Positions 15,445-25,470 of a DNA stretch of 64,000 bases are shown here, in pieces (position 1 is the stretch's first letter; the number at the start of each line of letters is the position of its first letter). Source of the stretch: an uncultured virus (IMG/VR IMGVR_UViG_3300006922_000015) (Duplodnaviria > Heunggongvirae > Uroviricota > Caudoviricetes); IMG/VR virus record IMGVR_UViG_3300006922_000015, one strand, 5' to 3'. The notes under the pieces are model-generated. The model had not been told where the DNA came from. It ran no database searches and saw only the letters and a program-made list of their open reading frames with translations. The translations under genes were made by a program, and so were the position numbers.

Positions 15445-18400
15445 ATGAATTTTAACAAGTTAACTATCTCAGACTTAGTAGATCAGCAACTGCCAGAGTT
15501 TGTTGTCAATGAATTTCCTACATTTGTAAAATTCTTTGAGGAATACTATAAATCATTAGAATTATCCGGTGGTCTACTTGATATCACCCATAATTTCCTT
15601 GATTATAAAAATATTGATAATTTAAGAAAATATAATCTTGTTACAACTTATAAATTACAGCAAGCAATTTCTGCTACTGACGAAAGCATTGTTTTAGACA
15701 GTCTTGATGGACTTCCTTCTGAGAATGGTCTAGTTAGTATAGGTGATGAGATTATTCTCTATGAGACCGTCAATTTATCGTCTAGAACGCTCCTAAATTG
15801 TAAAAGGGGATACTCGGCAACAACTAAGTTTGATAGCACTGCTACGACTGTAGAGAGCACTGTAGCAGCATCTCATCAATCAGACGATACTGTAACAAAT
15901 TTATCAAATCTTGTTCTATTTCTTATCTTAAGAAATTACGAACATCAATATCTTGCTGGGTTCCCATTCGAGAATATTTCTTCTAGTATCGACAAAGATA
16001 CCTTACTTAGAAATATTAAAGATTTCTATAATTACAAGGGAACTGATGTTTCCATTGAATTTTTATTCAGAGCTTTATTTGATGAAGAGGTTACAGTAAA
16101 ATATCCAAAGGATTATGTAATCAAATCTTCTTATTCAGATTTTACTGTTGATGACATTATCAAAGTAGAGGCAATTGAAGGAAATCCATATGATCTTATC
16201 GGAAATCGATTAAATCAAAGTGATGCTAGTGGAGTATTGACAAGTAGTGCTGTAATTGACGAAATTTTAATTAATAATATTTCAAATTATGCTTCTGCTA
16301 ATAAAAATGTTTATGAGTGTAGATTAAACGTTCTTAATCAGCAGTTTTTTCAAATTCCAAGGGAAACTCTTCTTAGGGGAGTTTTGTCGTCTACAGATTC
16401 TGTAATTACTGTTGATAGTACAATTGGATTTCCTCAGTTAAATGGAATTATCCAAATTGATGATGAAGTTATTACTTATCGATATAAAACGTTCAATCAA
16501 TTTATTGATTGTGGAAGAGGTACTTATAATACAGTTGCTGTCAATCATGCCGACTTAAGTGATGTCAAAACCACAGAATTTCTTTTTGGATATAGTGATG
16601 GTATAGAACTTGACTCAAATAAAGTAACTATGAGGTTACTTGGTGTTTCTTCTAGTGTTATTATTAATGATGGCGCTGCTTATTTTGAGGAAGCTGAAAA
16701 AGTAGAGTTATCACTTGATGGGGATATTGATTCAAGGCAACAATTTACAACATGGATCAAAAATGAAACCGGAACTCTGTCAAGTAGTTCTGATGTTCAA
16801 ATAAACAATAATGTCAGTACTATTACCACTGAAATATCAAATATTTACAAAGATGAAAATTATGCTTATATTGTCTCGTCTGGACTTCCCGTACATCCAA
16901 TCGGAGACTTCATTGGAGCTGGTTTTAATGTAAATAATCAAAATCTTTTAAAAACAATTCCACTTTCGACTGAAAAAAATACTCAAACTCAATTTACTGG
17001 AAATAAAGCAGTTGGTTTGTTTATTAATGGTGTAGAAGCATTTAGTTCTCAAGATTATGAAGATGTTTCATTCGGTAATATTGAAAGTGTTGAAATTATC
17101 CAAAAAGGATTTGGTTTCGAGACTGATATTCAACCAGTATTCAGAGTAGCAAATTCTTCCGGCACAGGGGCTACATTTAATGCGGATATTATAGATGGAA
17201 AAGTATTTTCAGTATCAGTAGTAAATGGTGGAAATGGATATATTGAAAATCAATCATTAGAAGTTACATATGGATTTGACGCTACTGCAACAATTGCCAA
17301 TGATTTAGATATCATTAATGGTTCTATTAAAACAATTACAGTAACCAATCCCGGTCAAGATTATGTTGCTACACCTAATGTAGAAATTATCGATAGTACT
17401 GGTAAGGGAACGGGAGCTTTTGCTATCGCTGAAGTAACTAATAATCAGTTGACTGGTGTAATTGTTCTTAATGGAGGTGTTGATTATAGTGATAAAGATA
17501 CTATCACCGTGAGGATTGTTTCCAAAGGTAGTGGTGTTGTTGCTAATGCTATCGTTAAAAAATGGTCTTTTGATAGAGTATTTAAGACAAAAAATTCTAT
17601 TGATGTAAATGGTAACTGGGCACCTGCACAAACAATTAAATCTGATACTGGTAACGGTTATCTATATCCAAGTAGAAATATTGCGTACAATCTTCAATAT
17701 GCATATCCATCAAATCCAAAACTTCTTAGACATTCGTTATCTGATAACGTCCAGGGTGTAAATGCTAACTATGATGAAGTAACATCTGGGTTTGTTCACT
17801 CTCCTATTTTAGGATGGGCGTATGATGGTAATCCCATTTATGGTCCTTATGGATATCTTACTCCAACCGTTCCTGCTAATGGTATTTCTAGGCAAACTAG
17901 TTCTTATGTATTAAAAACCACTGCAGAAGTTACTAGACCTAATGTAGTAAAATATCCTTTAGGTTCTTTTGTAAATGACTATGAGTTCATTCAAGGATCT
18001 GGAAGTCTTGATATCAATAATGGTCGTTTTTGCATCACTCCAGAATATCCTGATGGAAGATATTGTTACTTTCTCACAGTAGACAGTTTTGGTTCTGGTG
18101 TTTATCCATATATTCTCGGAAAGACATATCATTCTGTTCCAGCAGAAAATAATTTCAATATTGAGTTTAATCAGCAGAACGAAAATAACTTACCCAAAGA
18201 AGCAAGAAGAATTAGAAGTTCTGCTACTCCAAGTAAAGGTTTTGATGCTATTTTATCAGTATCTAATGTTGAAAGAGGAACTATTGATGATTTTGTTGTT
18301 TACGAAAGCGAAAATGTATTCAAAGTATTAGATGCTTTGTATATTGACAATGATGACACCGAAGGTTCTAGAGCATTCGGTAGAGTTGCATCAGTTAAAG

Positions 18401-21400
18401 GTGAAAATGTAACTACATTTTCATATGAAGTTACTTCGGGATCCACTATTCCATCAACAAATGGAATTCCTGATGCCCCATGGCCTGCTGTAATTAGTGC
18501 CCCTCAATATACAGATACCAAATATGATGTAACTGTAGAAACTTCAGAACCACATTTATTATCTGATAATGATGTAGTTACATTGGCATTAGATAGAGAT
18601 GCCATATCATTAACAAAAACTTTTGATGTAAGAGTATCTAATTACCAGACAGTAAATTATATACCTCCTGTTATTGAAAGTTTATTGGTTGTTGATGTTG
18701 CTTTCAACCAAACCACTATTAACGTAGATAATTCTGATGATTATAGAGAAAACGATTATTTAAAAGTTAATGATGAAATTTTAAAAATTGTTTCGATTGA
18801 TTATAATTCAGATCAAATTACTGTCGAAAGAACTCAGTTTGGAACTCCATTAAGATTACATGCAGCTACTAACAAAGTAGAACTTTTTATACCTGATGAT
18901 CAACCAGATTATAGATTAACTGTAGGGTCGGCAATCACAAGTAGTGGTGTATCAGGGACGATTTATAATATTGATAAAGCGAATTCGCTTATTGAAGTAA
19001 GAGTTGGTTCGGGCACGCTTACAAATTCTAGTGTTCTGTTAGACACATCTTCACCAACAGGAAGAACTATTAATGTCAGTAGTGTAAGTGATACTGAGAT
19101 TTATTGGGAATTCGATCCTACTGGAACTAACACTCATTATGTTCGTGATTTAGAGTTCAAATTAATGAGGGGAACTGAGTATATTTTTGACTTAAGTGAT
19201 GGAAGTATTTTTGGTAATAGCATTATTTTCTCCGAAGATTCAGCAAATATCAATACTCTTACTGGAGTAACAAGTGTAGGAACTCCAGGTACTTCTGGAG
19301 CATCAGTAACTATTACGAAAGATGCATTATTAAATCTTGATGTTTCTAGAGTATACTATTACGAACAAAATGGTCAAATTCTTAATAATAAAACATTTTT
19401 ATCAGTAACCACATTTCCTGATGGTGTTAAAACAATTAAAGTTGTTGACGATAACAAATTTAAGTTTGTTATAGACGAACAACCCGAACAAAGTACTTAC
19501 ACAAATTTAATTTCGTATACAACAACTTCACAAACTAGTATTGGTGCAATTAATACTGTCGCGGTAGTTGATGGCGGGGAAGGTTATAAAAAACTGCCAA
19601 ATATTTTTGGAGTTACCCATACAGAATTAGATGCGGCAAAATTAGCATATTCGATTACTGGAGGTTCATTCAATGACACATTCAGTGTTGTAAATCCGGG
19701 AAATAGATATTCAAATAATACAAAAATTATTGTTAATACTCTCACTGGTAGTGGAGCAGTTTTAACACCAACGATTGTGGGTGGTAAAATTATTTCAGTA
19801 AAGGTTGATGTTGCTGGTAATGGATATGATGAAAATGATACTATCTCAGTAATTGATACTGGTGCTAAAATTTTCCCAGTCAGTAATAGTATTGGTAGAA
19901 TTAAAACAATTAGATTTAATAATAGTGGAAGTCAGTTTAATCCTGATAGAACATTTTCTAAATCTTTAGTATTCAAACAAAAAATAATTATTACTGGTAT
20001 TACTGGTGGTGTCTATAAACTTTCCGAAAATATAACATCTTCTGGTGGATTATCTGCTAAGATTGACAAAATAAGACAAATTGGTGTTGATATTTTCTTG
20101 CTTGATTTGAAAATCAACTCAGGAATTCCTAAAGTAGGTGATACTATCACTGGTTCTATTTTACAGGTAACATCTACAATTTATTCTGTAACAAATCCCG
20201 ATATTATCGGAACTATTTCTGGATTTATCTCAAAAGTCGGTTTCTTTGATTCTGATTTAGGTAAGATTAGTGCTTCATCGCAAAAAATTACTGATAGTTA
20301 TTACTATCAAGATTTCTCTTATGTCATCAGAAGTACAAAATCTCTGAGTGATTATAAGAAATATGTTGATGAAACAACACACCCACTTGGATTTAAATTA
20401 TTCGGTGAGGTATCTGTAGAAAATGATGTTGACTTTGCAGATACTGTAACAGGAAATGCATTTAGTATCGGTCTTGCTGATGATCCTACTGCCAATGAAG
20501 TTATTATTACATTACCTAATGTAAATGTAGAGTCAGATATTGTTTTCAAAAAATATGAAATTTCCACACTTAATACAGCTAATATAAAAGCTTATCGTGG
20601 CATAGGAGCTGCTCGTCTTAATTTCTTAGATAACCAAATTGAAGCAGTGCAAATAGCAGATCTTTCTGCAGATCTTGATGCTAGCACTCAAACATATACT
20701 TTGACTACACAGGATGGCAATTTTCCGTTAGATACTTCCAATACTTCTATTCTTCTTTCATTGAATGATGTATTCCAAGAACCATTCCAAACATCTACTG
20801 TAACTGGAATTAGTTACTCTGGTGGAATTGCGACTGTTACTACTGCTGCAGATCATAATTTAGCAACTACATCAGTAGGTCAAACATATCCAAATCAAAA
20901 ATATATTCATATTTCTGGTGTAACCAATACTGGCAATTTAAATTTTAATGACCAGTTTGAAGTATATGATGTACCATCAACAACAGAAATTAGAGTTCTG
21001 TTTAATAACCCCAATGGTTTTCTGACGAACAATGATCCTGCAGTTTGTGCTGATGTTAAATCAACTATTGATAACTTGGTTACTATTCTAACATATTATT
21101 TAAATAATCCATCTGATGCACTTCCTACAAATAACACAGGCGTTTGGTTAGATGAAGAATCATCAACCGTTGTTAGTGCTAATAGACACAGAGATGGTGC
21201 TAATTTAATTGATGTCAATAGATTTGAAATTATCGATAGATCTAATGCAGAAATTTCCTTACAGTATCCTGATTTTTACTATCCAAATGATACTCAAACA
21301 TCTGGATATAGCAGACAGAAAGATTCTTATAGATTAATTCAACAAAACCGCAAAGAATTAATTGATAGAGGTGCTGCTGAAATTGCAGTTCAGTATCCTG

Positions 21401-24400
21401 ATTTTGTATATCCTGGTGATCCTGCTACTGCAAGTGATTATCGCTTCAAGGATGCTTACAGACTCATTCAGCAGAATAGAACTGAGATTATTGATAATGC
21501 ATATGCTGTAGTAGCAGCAAATCCTCCTGTTCCAGCTCCGGCAGATCTTGAGAACAAATGTAAGCGTGATATTGGATTATTCATTGATTATACATCAATT
21601 GATCTTGTCAATGGTGGTAATGAGTATGCGCGTAAGTTTGCCCTTCAGTATTTTGATGATGCTGGAAATCCTCTCACAAATGGATTACTTAATGAGGAAG
21701 TAGCATCAGTTGCTGCATTTACTGCCGCTAAGGATAATATGATCCTTGCGTTTACTAATCAACTTACAATTACTGATACTACAATCACTGTAGACCCTGC
21801 TGGTGCTCCTTTATGTGCTAACGTAACATCTGCTATTACAGTTCTTGCTGGTATTGTAAATGATGCTATCACAGCAGGATCTATTACTGGTCTTCCAGCA
21901 GAAACTATCGGTTCTGATACTACTGGCGAAGCAAAATGTAAGCGTGATCTTGGAATGTTTATTGATGCCGTATCACTAGATGTTCATACTGGCGGTAATG
22001 TATACGCTATTAAATTCCTTAAAAAATATTTCAACGCTCAAGGAACATCATTTATCGCAAATGGTCTTTCCGGTGAAATTCTAGAATCTAATACTGCATT
22101 CAATAAAGTAAGAGATCTGATGAAGCAAGCAATTGTAAATCAACTTCTCGTTAAGGATCTTACTATTACTGCTGGTAATGCTAGTTACTGGGGAGATGCA
22201 GTTGGAACACCGACAAATGTAACCTATGATGCTAATACTGGCATCTCAGTTATCACGATTGCTAATCACGGATTATCTAATGGTGAAGATGTTAAGATCA
22301 GAGATAATGGTCTGACATTTACCTGTGAAATGGATGGGAATGTTAAAGAAAAATCTTATCCAAGACTTCTTGATGGTAATTCAAATACAGCAATGCCTGT
22401 TTCTAATGTTACTACAGATACATTTGAAATTAATGTTGGCACTTCACCAATTGTAAATTTCAACGTTAGTGATGCTACTTACACTCCTTCTACTGGAGAT
22501 GTAGAAATTAACATTGGCGCTCACACATTACGTGCAGGAACATCTATTAAACTTGCTGACGAAGCACTCACATTCACTTGCGATTTCGATAACAATCAAA
22601 CTCAGCATAGTTATCCCAAGACTGCTATCTTAAGTGAAACAATCACAGATGCTTTCTATGATCCCACACTTGGTATTCTTACTGTTACTGTTAAAAATCA
22701 TGGATGGGAAAATGGAGATCTTATTAAATTTGATAATAACTCCTTAGTCTTTACTTGTGGAATGGATGGAAATGCTACTAATCACAGTTATCCTCGCGCT
22801 GGTATCGATCCTTATGCAGACAAGTGGATCCCCATTTATGCTGTAACCGGCAATACTTTTAAAGTTGCAGTAGGAGTTTCATCTAATACTTCTACACATA
22901 CATTTATCAGTGCAACTGAAGATGGTCTGAAGAAGAAAAAGGATAAGACATACGATACCGCTGTAAATATTGTCACAGTCACGGCAGATACAATTACGAT
23001 CAACGTAGGTAGTTCAACAGATACATCAGCACATACATTTATTTCTGCTGTCCCAAATGCTGTTATTTCTGGTGGTGATTATCCACATACATTTGTAAGA
23101 GCAGTTACTGATGCTATTGTCAAGACACAAGTTAGTTCTCCTGTTTCAAATAACAGTGATGGCGCATGTGCTGACATTAAATCAAATATTGACACTCTCG
23201 TTGAAATTGTAACAGTATACTTAACCCAAGGATCGTTGAATTTTCCAAATGCTTTACCAGCACAATCTGTGAGAGTTCCTTCTGCTGGTGAAGCCAAATG
23301 TAAAAGGGACTTAGGTTTAATTATTGATGCTGTTATTGGTGATATGAGAACAGGTGGTAATTCTAATATCAGAAGTTCTACTCAAAAATATTTGGATGGA
23401 TCTGCTTTATTGAGTAATGGTCTTGCTGGTGAATTAAATGAATCAATCACTGCTTTTGAAAAAGCAAGAGATATGATGAAACTTGCAATTGCTAACCAAC
23501 TTTATATTCAAGATTTAACTATCTTACCTGATTTCCTTACTACTTCTGGAACCATTGAGGCATCGAGTCTTACCAATTCTGTTTTTACTGAAGGTCAGTT
23601 TGAATATTCTAATTCAATACTTAAACTGTATGAAACTGTAAGAGAAGGAACTGTATTCCATAGTACTTTCTTTAAATTTGTTTCTGCTGGAGATGATGCT
23701 CGATATTCATATAAAGTAAAAAATATCTTGTTTGATGGTGTCAGTACAGACTATCCTTTATATAAAATTAATGGTTCTAATGTTACTACAGAAGCAGATG
23801 AAAATCTATTAGTGTTTATTGATGGTGTTCTTCAACTTTATGGAGAATCTTATACCATTGATAGAAGTGTAAATCCAAATATAATTAAATTTACCAGTGT
23901 AATAGAAAAAGACAGACACTTCTTCTCCTATACATTCAGTAAATATAAAGTCTTAAATAATTTTGCAGATAAATTTAATTCGAGTGCAAAATCATTTGAA
24001 TTTGCGTTTGGTGAAGACAATATTCTTCCTCCAGATGATCATCAAATGTTGGTGATGCTTGATGGTGTTCCTCAAGTAGAAGGATCTTCATATACTATTG
24101 TTGATAACGTAATTACATTTACTGAAGCACCCACTACAGGGAAAAAATGTTTTGTATTATATTTCTATGGTAAAGTATTTGAAAAGACTATTTCAATCTG
24201 GAATGGTGAAGTATTTGAAAACTTAGAATATATTGGAGATAATAGTCCCGAAGGATGTCAGTATTTAACTAAGGTTGCAAATACTGGAGATATTATCAAA
24301 CCTGGCGATAAAATCAGGATTGATGGAGAATCTGTAAAAGAAATTATCAAAATTGAAAAAAGGGCACTTAAGAATACTGACAACTTAGTTTATACAGCAT

Positions 24401-25422
24401 TGGTATATACCGATAATTCATATATTCGCGGTAAAAATGCTGTTGCTAATGCTGTAATAGATCCTAGTGCTACTACTGTTTCAGGTGGTAATCCGGTTGC
24501 TATTGAGGGAACTATAGGTGTTGAATTTGGAATGGGTATTCCTACAGTATTTGCTCCAGGACCAATTACCAGTATTAATATAACAAATCCTGGTCTTGAG
24601 TATGACGTAGCTCCTATCATTTTATTCAAAACAGAATGCGATAATCCAGGAACTGGTGCAGAAGCTATCGCTCAAATTACTAATGGCAAAGTAACTAATG
24701 TCATTATCACAAATGGTGGTTCTGGATATACAGAAGCACCTGAATTAATTTTTGCTAAAAAGTATGAGATCATCAGACCTCATACACCACTGTTTATGAG
24801 AAATGACACAGTTGTTGATATTTCTTTAGCAAATGCATTATTGCCTGGGTTTAATGTTGTAAATGAAAGTGGATTGGAAGATATCATTCCTCTAGTTTCA
24901 ACTCAACTCACCACTTCACGCACTAATGTAATTCAAGTTGAACGTAAAACTAACCGAGATACATCACGTCCTGGACTTTCTTATGTTCTGGAGACATTTG
25001 ATAATAACAAATTCTCGTATGAACCTCAAGAACTTAATGATCCATTGGCATCTTACCTCGGTACTGGTGTTACTATTGAAATGATTAACAGATATGCCCC
25101 TGCTCTTACAGTTGGTGATTTTACTACACATAGAGGAGCTACGCAAGGAGCGACTGAACCAGCAATTATCAACATTGGACCAGAAGCATATGTAGCATAT
25201 GGTCTTACACTGAATGGTAATATCAATGATACTGTTACTACAATTACAGTTACTGGCGATGTTTCTAATTTCCCTCCAGCGGGATATTTGGAGTTTGGAG
25301 ATGAAATTGTTGAATATACTTCAATTTCAGGACAAGATTTTACTGTTGTCCGAGGAGTAAAGGGAACTACAGCAACATCACATACAGATACAGATTATTT
25401 GAGACTCGCTTGGCGAGGGTGA
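15445..25422 (+). CDS. g7: Baseplate wedge initiator gp7, greatly enlarged by inserted domains
   Basis: Between g6 and g8; N-terminal QLPEFV...F..F..EYY and IKDFY..KGT..S..FLFR.LF; DSYYYQDFSYVIRS...HPLGF motif; YHYH-like, phycobiliprotein-like and FCCH-like inserts. Confidence 0.88.
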   Translation: MNFNKLTISDLVDQQLPEFVVNEFPTFVKFFEEYYKSLELSGGLLDITHNFLDYKNIDNLRKYNLVTTYKLQQAISATDESIVLDSLDGLPSENGLVSIGDEIILYETVNLSSRTLLNCKRGYSATTKFDSTATTVESTVAASHQSDDTVTNLSNLVLFLILRNYEHQYLAGFPFENISSSIDKDTLLRNIKDFYNYKGTDVSIEFLFRALFDEEVTVKYPKDYVIKSSYSDFTVDDIIKVEAIEGNPYDLIGNRLNQSDASGVLTSSAVIDEILINNISNYASANKNVYECRLNVLNQQFFQIPRETLLRGVLSSTDSVITVDSTIGFPQLNGIIQIDDEVITYRYKTFNQFIDCGRGTYNTVAVNHADLSDVKTTEFLFGYSDGIELDSNKVTMRLLGVSSSVIINDGAAYFEEAEKVELSLDGDIDSRQQFTTWIKNETGTLSSSSDVQINNNVSTITTEISNIYKDENYAYIVSSGLPVHPIGDFIGAGFNVNNQNLLKTIPLSTEKNTQTQFTGNKAVGLFINGVEAFSSQDYEDVSFGNIESVEIIQKGFGFETDIQPVFRVANSSGTGATFNADIIDGKVFSVSVVNGGNGYIENQSLEVTYGFDATATIANDLDIINGSIKTITVTNPGQDYVATPNVEIIDSTGKGTGAFAIAEVTNNQLTGVIVLNGGVDYSDKDTITVRIVSKGSGVVANAIVKKWSFDRVFKTKNSIDVNGNWAPAQTIKSDTGNGYLYPSRNIAYNLQYAYPSNPKLLRHSLSDNVQGVNANYDEVTSGFVHSPILGWAYDGNPIYGPYGYLTPTVPANGISRQTSSYVLKTTAEVTRPNVVKYPLGSFVNDYEFIQGSGSLDINNGRFCITPEYPDGRYCYFLTVDSFGSGVYPYILGKTYHSVPAENNFNIEFNQQNENNLPKEARRIRSSATPSKGFDAILSVSNVERGTIDDFVVYESENVFKVLDALYIDNDDTEGSRAFGRVASVKGENVTTFSYEVTSGSTIPSTNGIPDAPWPAVISAPQYTDTKYDVTVETSEPHLLSDNDVVTLALDRDAISLTKTFDVRVSNYQTVNYIPPVIESLLVVDVAFNQTTINVDNSDDYRENDYLKVNDEILKIVSIDYNSDQITVERTQFGTPLRLHAATNKVELFIPDDQPDYRLTVGSAITSSGVSGTIYNIDKANSLIEVRVGSGTLTNSSVLLDTSSPTGRTINVSSVSDTEIYWEFDPTGTNTHYVRDLEFKLMRGTEYIFDLSDGSIFGNSIIFSEDSANINTLTGVTSVGTPGTSGASVTITKDALLNLDVSRVYYYEQNGQILNNKTFLSVTTFPDGVKTIKVVDDNKFKFVIDEQPEQSTYTNLISYTTTSQTSIGAINTVAVVDGGEGYKKLPNIFGVTHTELDAAKLAYSITGGSFNDTFSVVNPGNRYSNNTKIIVNTLTGSGAVLTPTIVGGKIISVKVDVAGNGYDENDTISVIDTGAKIFPVSNSIGRIKTIRFNNSGSQFNPDRTFSKSLVFKQKIIITGITGGVYKLSENITSSGGLSAKIDKIRQIGVDIFLLDLKINSGIPKVGDTITGSILQVTSTIYSVTNPDIIGTISGFISKVGFFDSDLGKISASSQKITDSYYYQDFSYVIRSTKSLSDYKKYVDETTHPLGFKLFGEVSVENDVDFADTVTGNAFSIGLADDPTANEVIITLPNVNVESDIVFKKYEISTLNTANIKAYRGIGAARLNFLDNQIEAVQIADLSADLDASTQTYTLTTQDGNFPLDTSNTSILLSLNDVFQEPFQTSTVTGISYSGGIATVTTAADHNLATTSVGQTYPNQKYIHISGVTNTGNLNFNDQFEVYDVPSTTEIRVLFNNPNGFLTNNDPAVCADVKSTIDNLVTILTYYLNNPSDALPTNNTGVWLDEESSTVVSANRHRDGANLIDVNRFEIIDRSNAEISLQYPDFYYPNDTQTSGYSRQKDSYRLIQQNRKELIDRGAAEIAVQYPDFVYPGDPATASDYRFKDAYRLIQQNRTEIIDNAYAVVAANPPVPAPADLENKCKRDIGLFIDYTSIDLVNGGNEYARKFALQYFDDAGNPLTNGLLNEEVASVAAFTAAKDNMILAFTNQLTITDTTITVDPAGAPLCANVTSAITVLAGIVNDAITAGSITGLPAETIGSDTTGEAKCKRDLGMFIDAVSLDVHTGGNVYAIKFLKKYFNAQGTSFIANGLSGEILESNTAFNKVRDLMKQAIVNQLLVKDLTITAGNASYWGDAVGTPTNVTYDANTGISVITIANHGLSNGEDVKIRDNGLTFTCEMDGNVKEKSYPRLLDGNSNTAMPVSNVTTDTFEINVGTSPIVNFNVSDATYTPSTGDVEINIGAHTLRAGTSIKLADEALTFTCDFDNNQTQHSYPKTAILSETITDAFYDPTLGILTVTVKNHGWENGDLIKFDNNSLVFTCGMDGNATNHSYPRAGIDPYADKWIPIYAVTGNTFKVAVGVSSNTSTHTFISATEDGLKKKKDKTYDTAVNIVTVTADTITINVGSSTDTSAHTFISAVPNAVISGGDYPHTFVRAVTDAIVKTQVSSPVSNNSDGACADIKSNIDTLVEIVTVYLTQGSLNFPNALPAQSVRVPSAGEAKCKRDLGLIIDAVIGDMRTGGNSNIRSSTQKYLDGSALLSNGLAGELNESITAFEKARDMMKLAIANQLYIQDLTILPDFLTTSGTIEASSLTNSVFTEGQFEYSNSILKLYETVREGTVFHSTFFKFVSAGDDARYSYKVKNILFDGVSTDYPLYKINGSNVTTEADENLLVFIDGVLQLYGESYTIDRSVNPNIIKFTSVIEKDRHFFSYTFSKYKVLNNFADKFNSSAKSFEFAFGEDNILPPDDHQMLVMLDGVPQVEGSSYTIVDNVITFTEAPTTGKKCFVLYFYGKVFEKTISIWNGEVFENLEYIGDNSPEGCQYLTKVANTGDIIKPGDKIRIDGESVKEIIKIEKRALKNTDNLVYTALVYTDNSYIRGKNAVANAVIDPSATTVSGGNPVAIEGTIGVEFGMGIPTVFAPGPITSINITNPGLEYDVAPIILFKTECDNPGTGAEAIAQITNGKVTNVIITNGGSGYTEAPELIFAKKYEIIRPHTPLFMRNDTVVDISLANALLPGFNVVNESGLEDIIPLVSTQLTTSRTNVIQVERKTNRDTSRPGLSYVLETFDNNKFSYEPQELNDPLASYLGTGVTIEMINRYAPALTVGDFTTHRGATQGATEPAIINIGPEAYVAYGLTLNGNINDTVTTITVTGDVSNFPPAGYLEFGDEIVEYTSISGQDFTVVRGVKGTTATSHTDTDYLRLAWRG

Positions 25423-25434
25423 TAAATATAAATA
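25421..25434 (+). promoter_or_regulatory. Overlapping T4-type late promoters
   Basis: GATAAATA (25421) and TATAAATA (25427) upstream of g8. Confidence 0.75.
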
Positions 25435-25470
25435 ACACAAGGAAAACCGTAAACATTAACATTTATAGAA

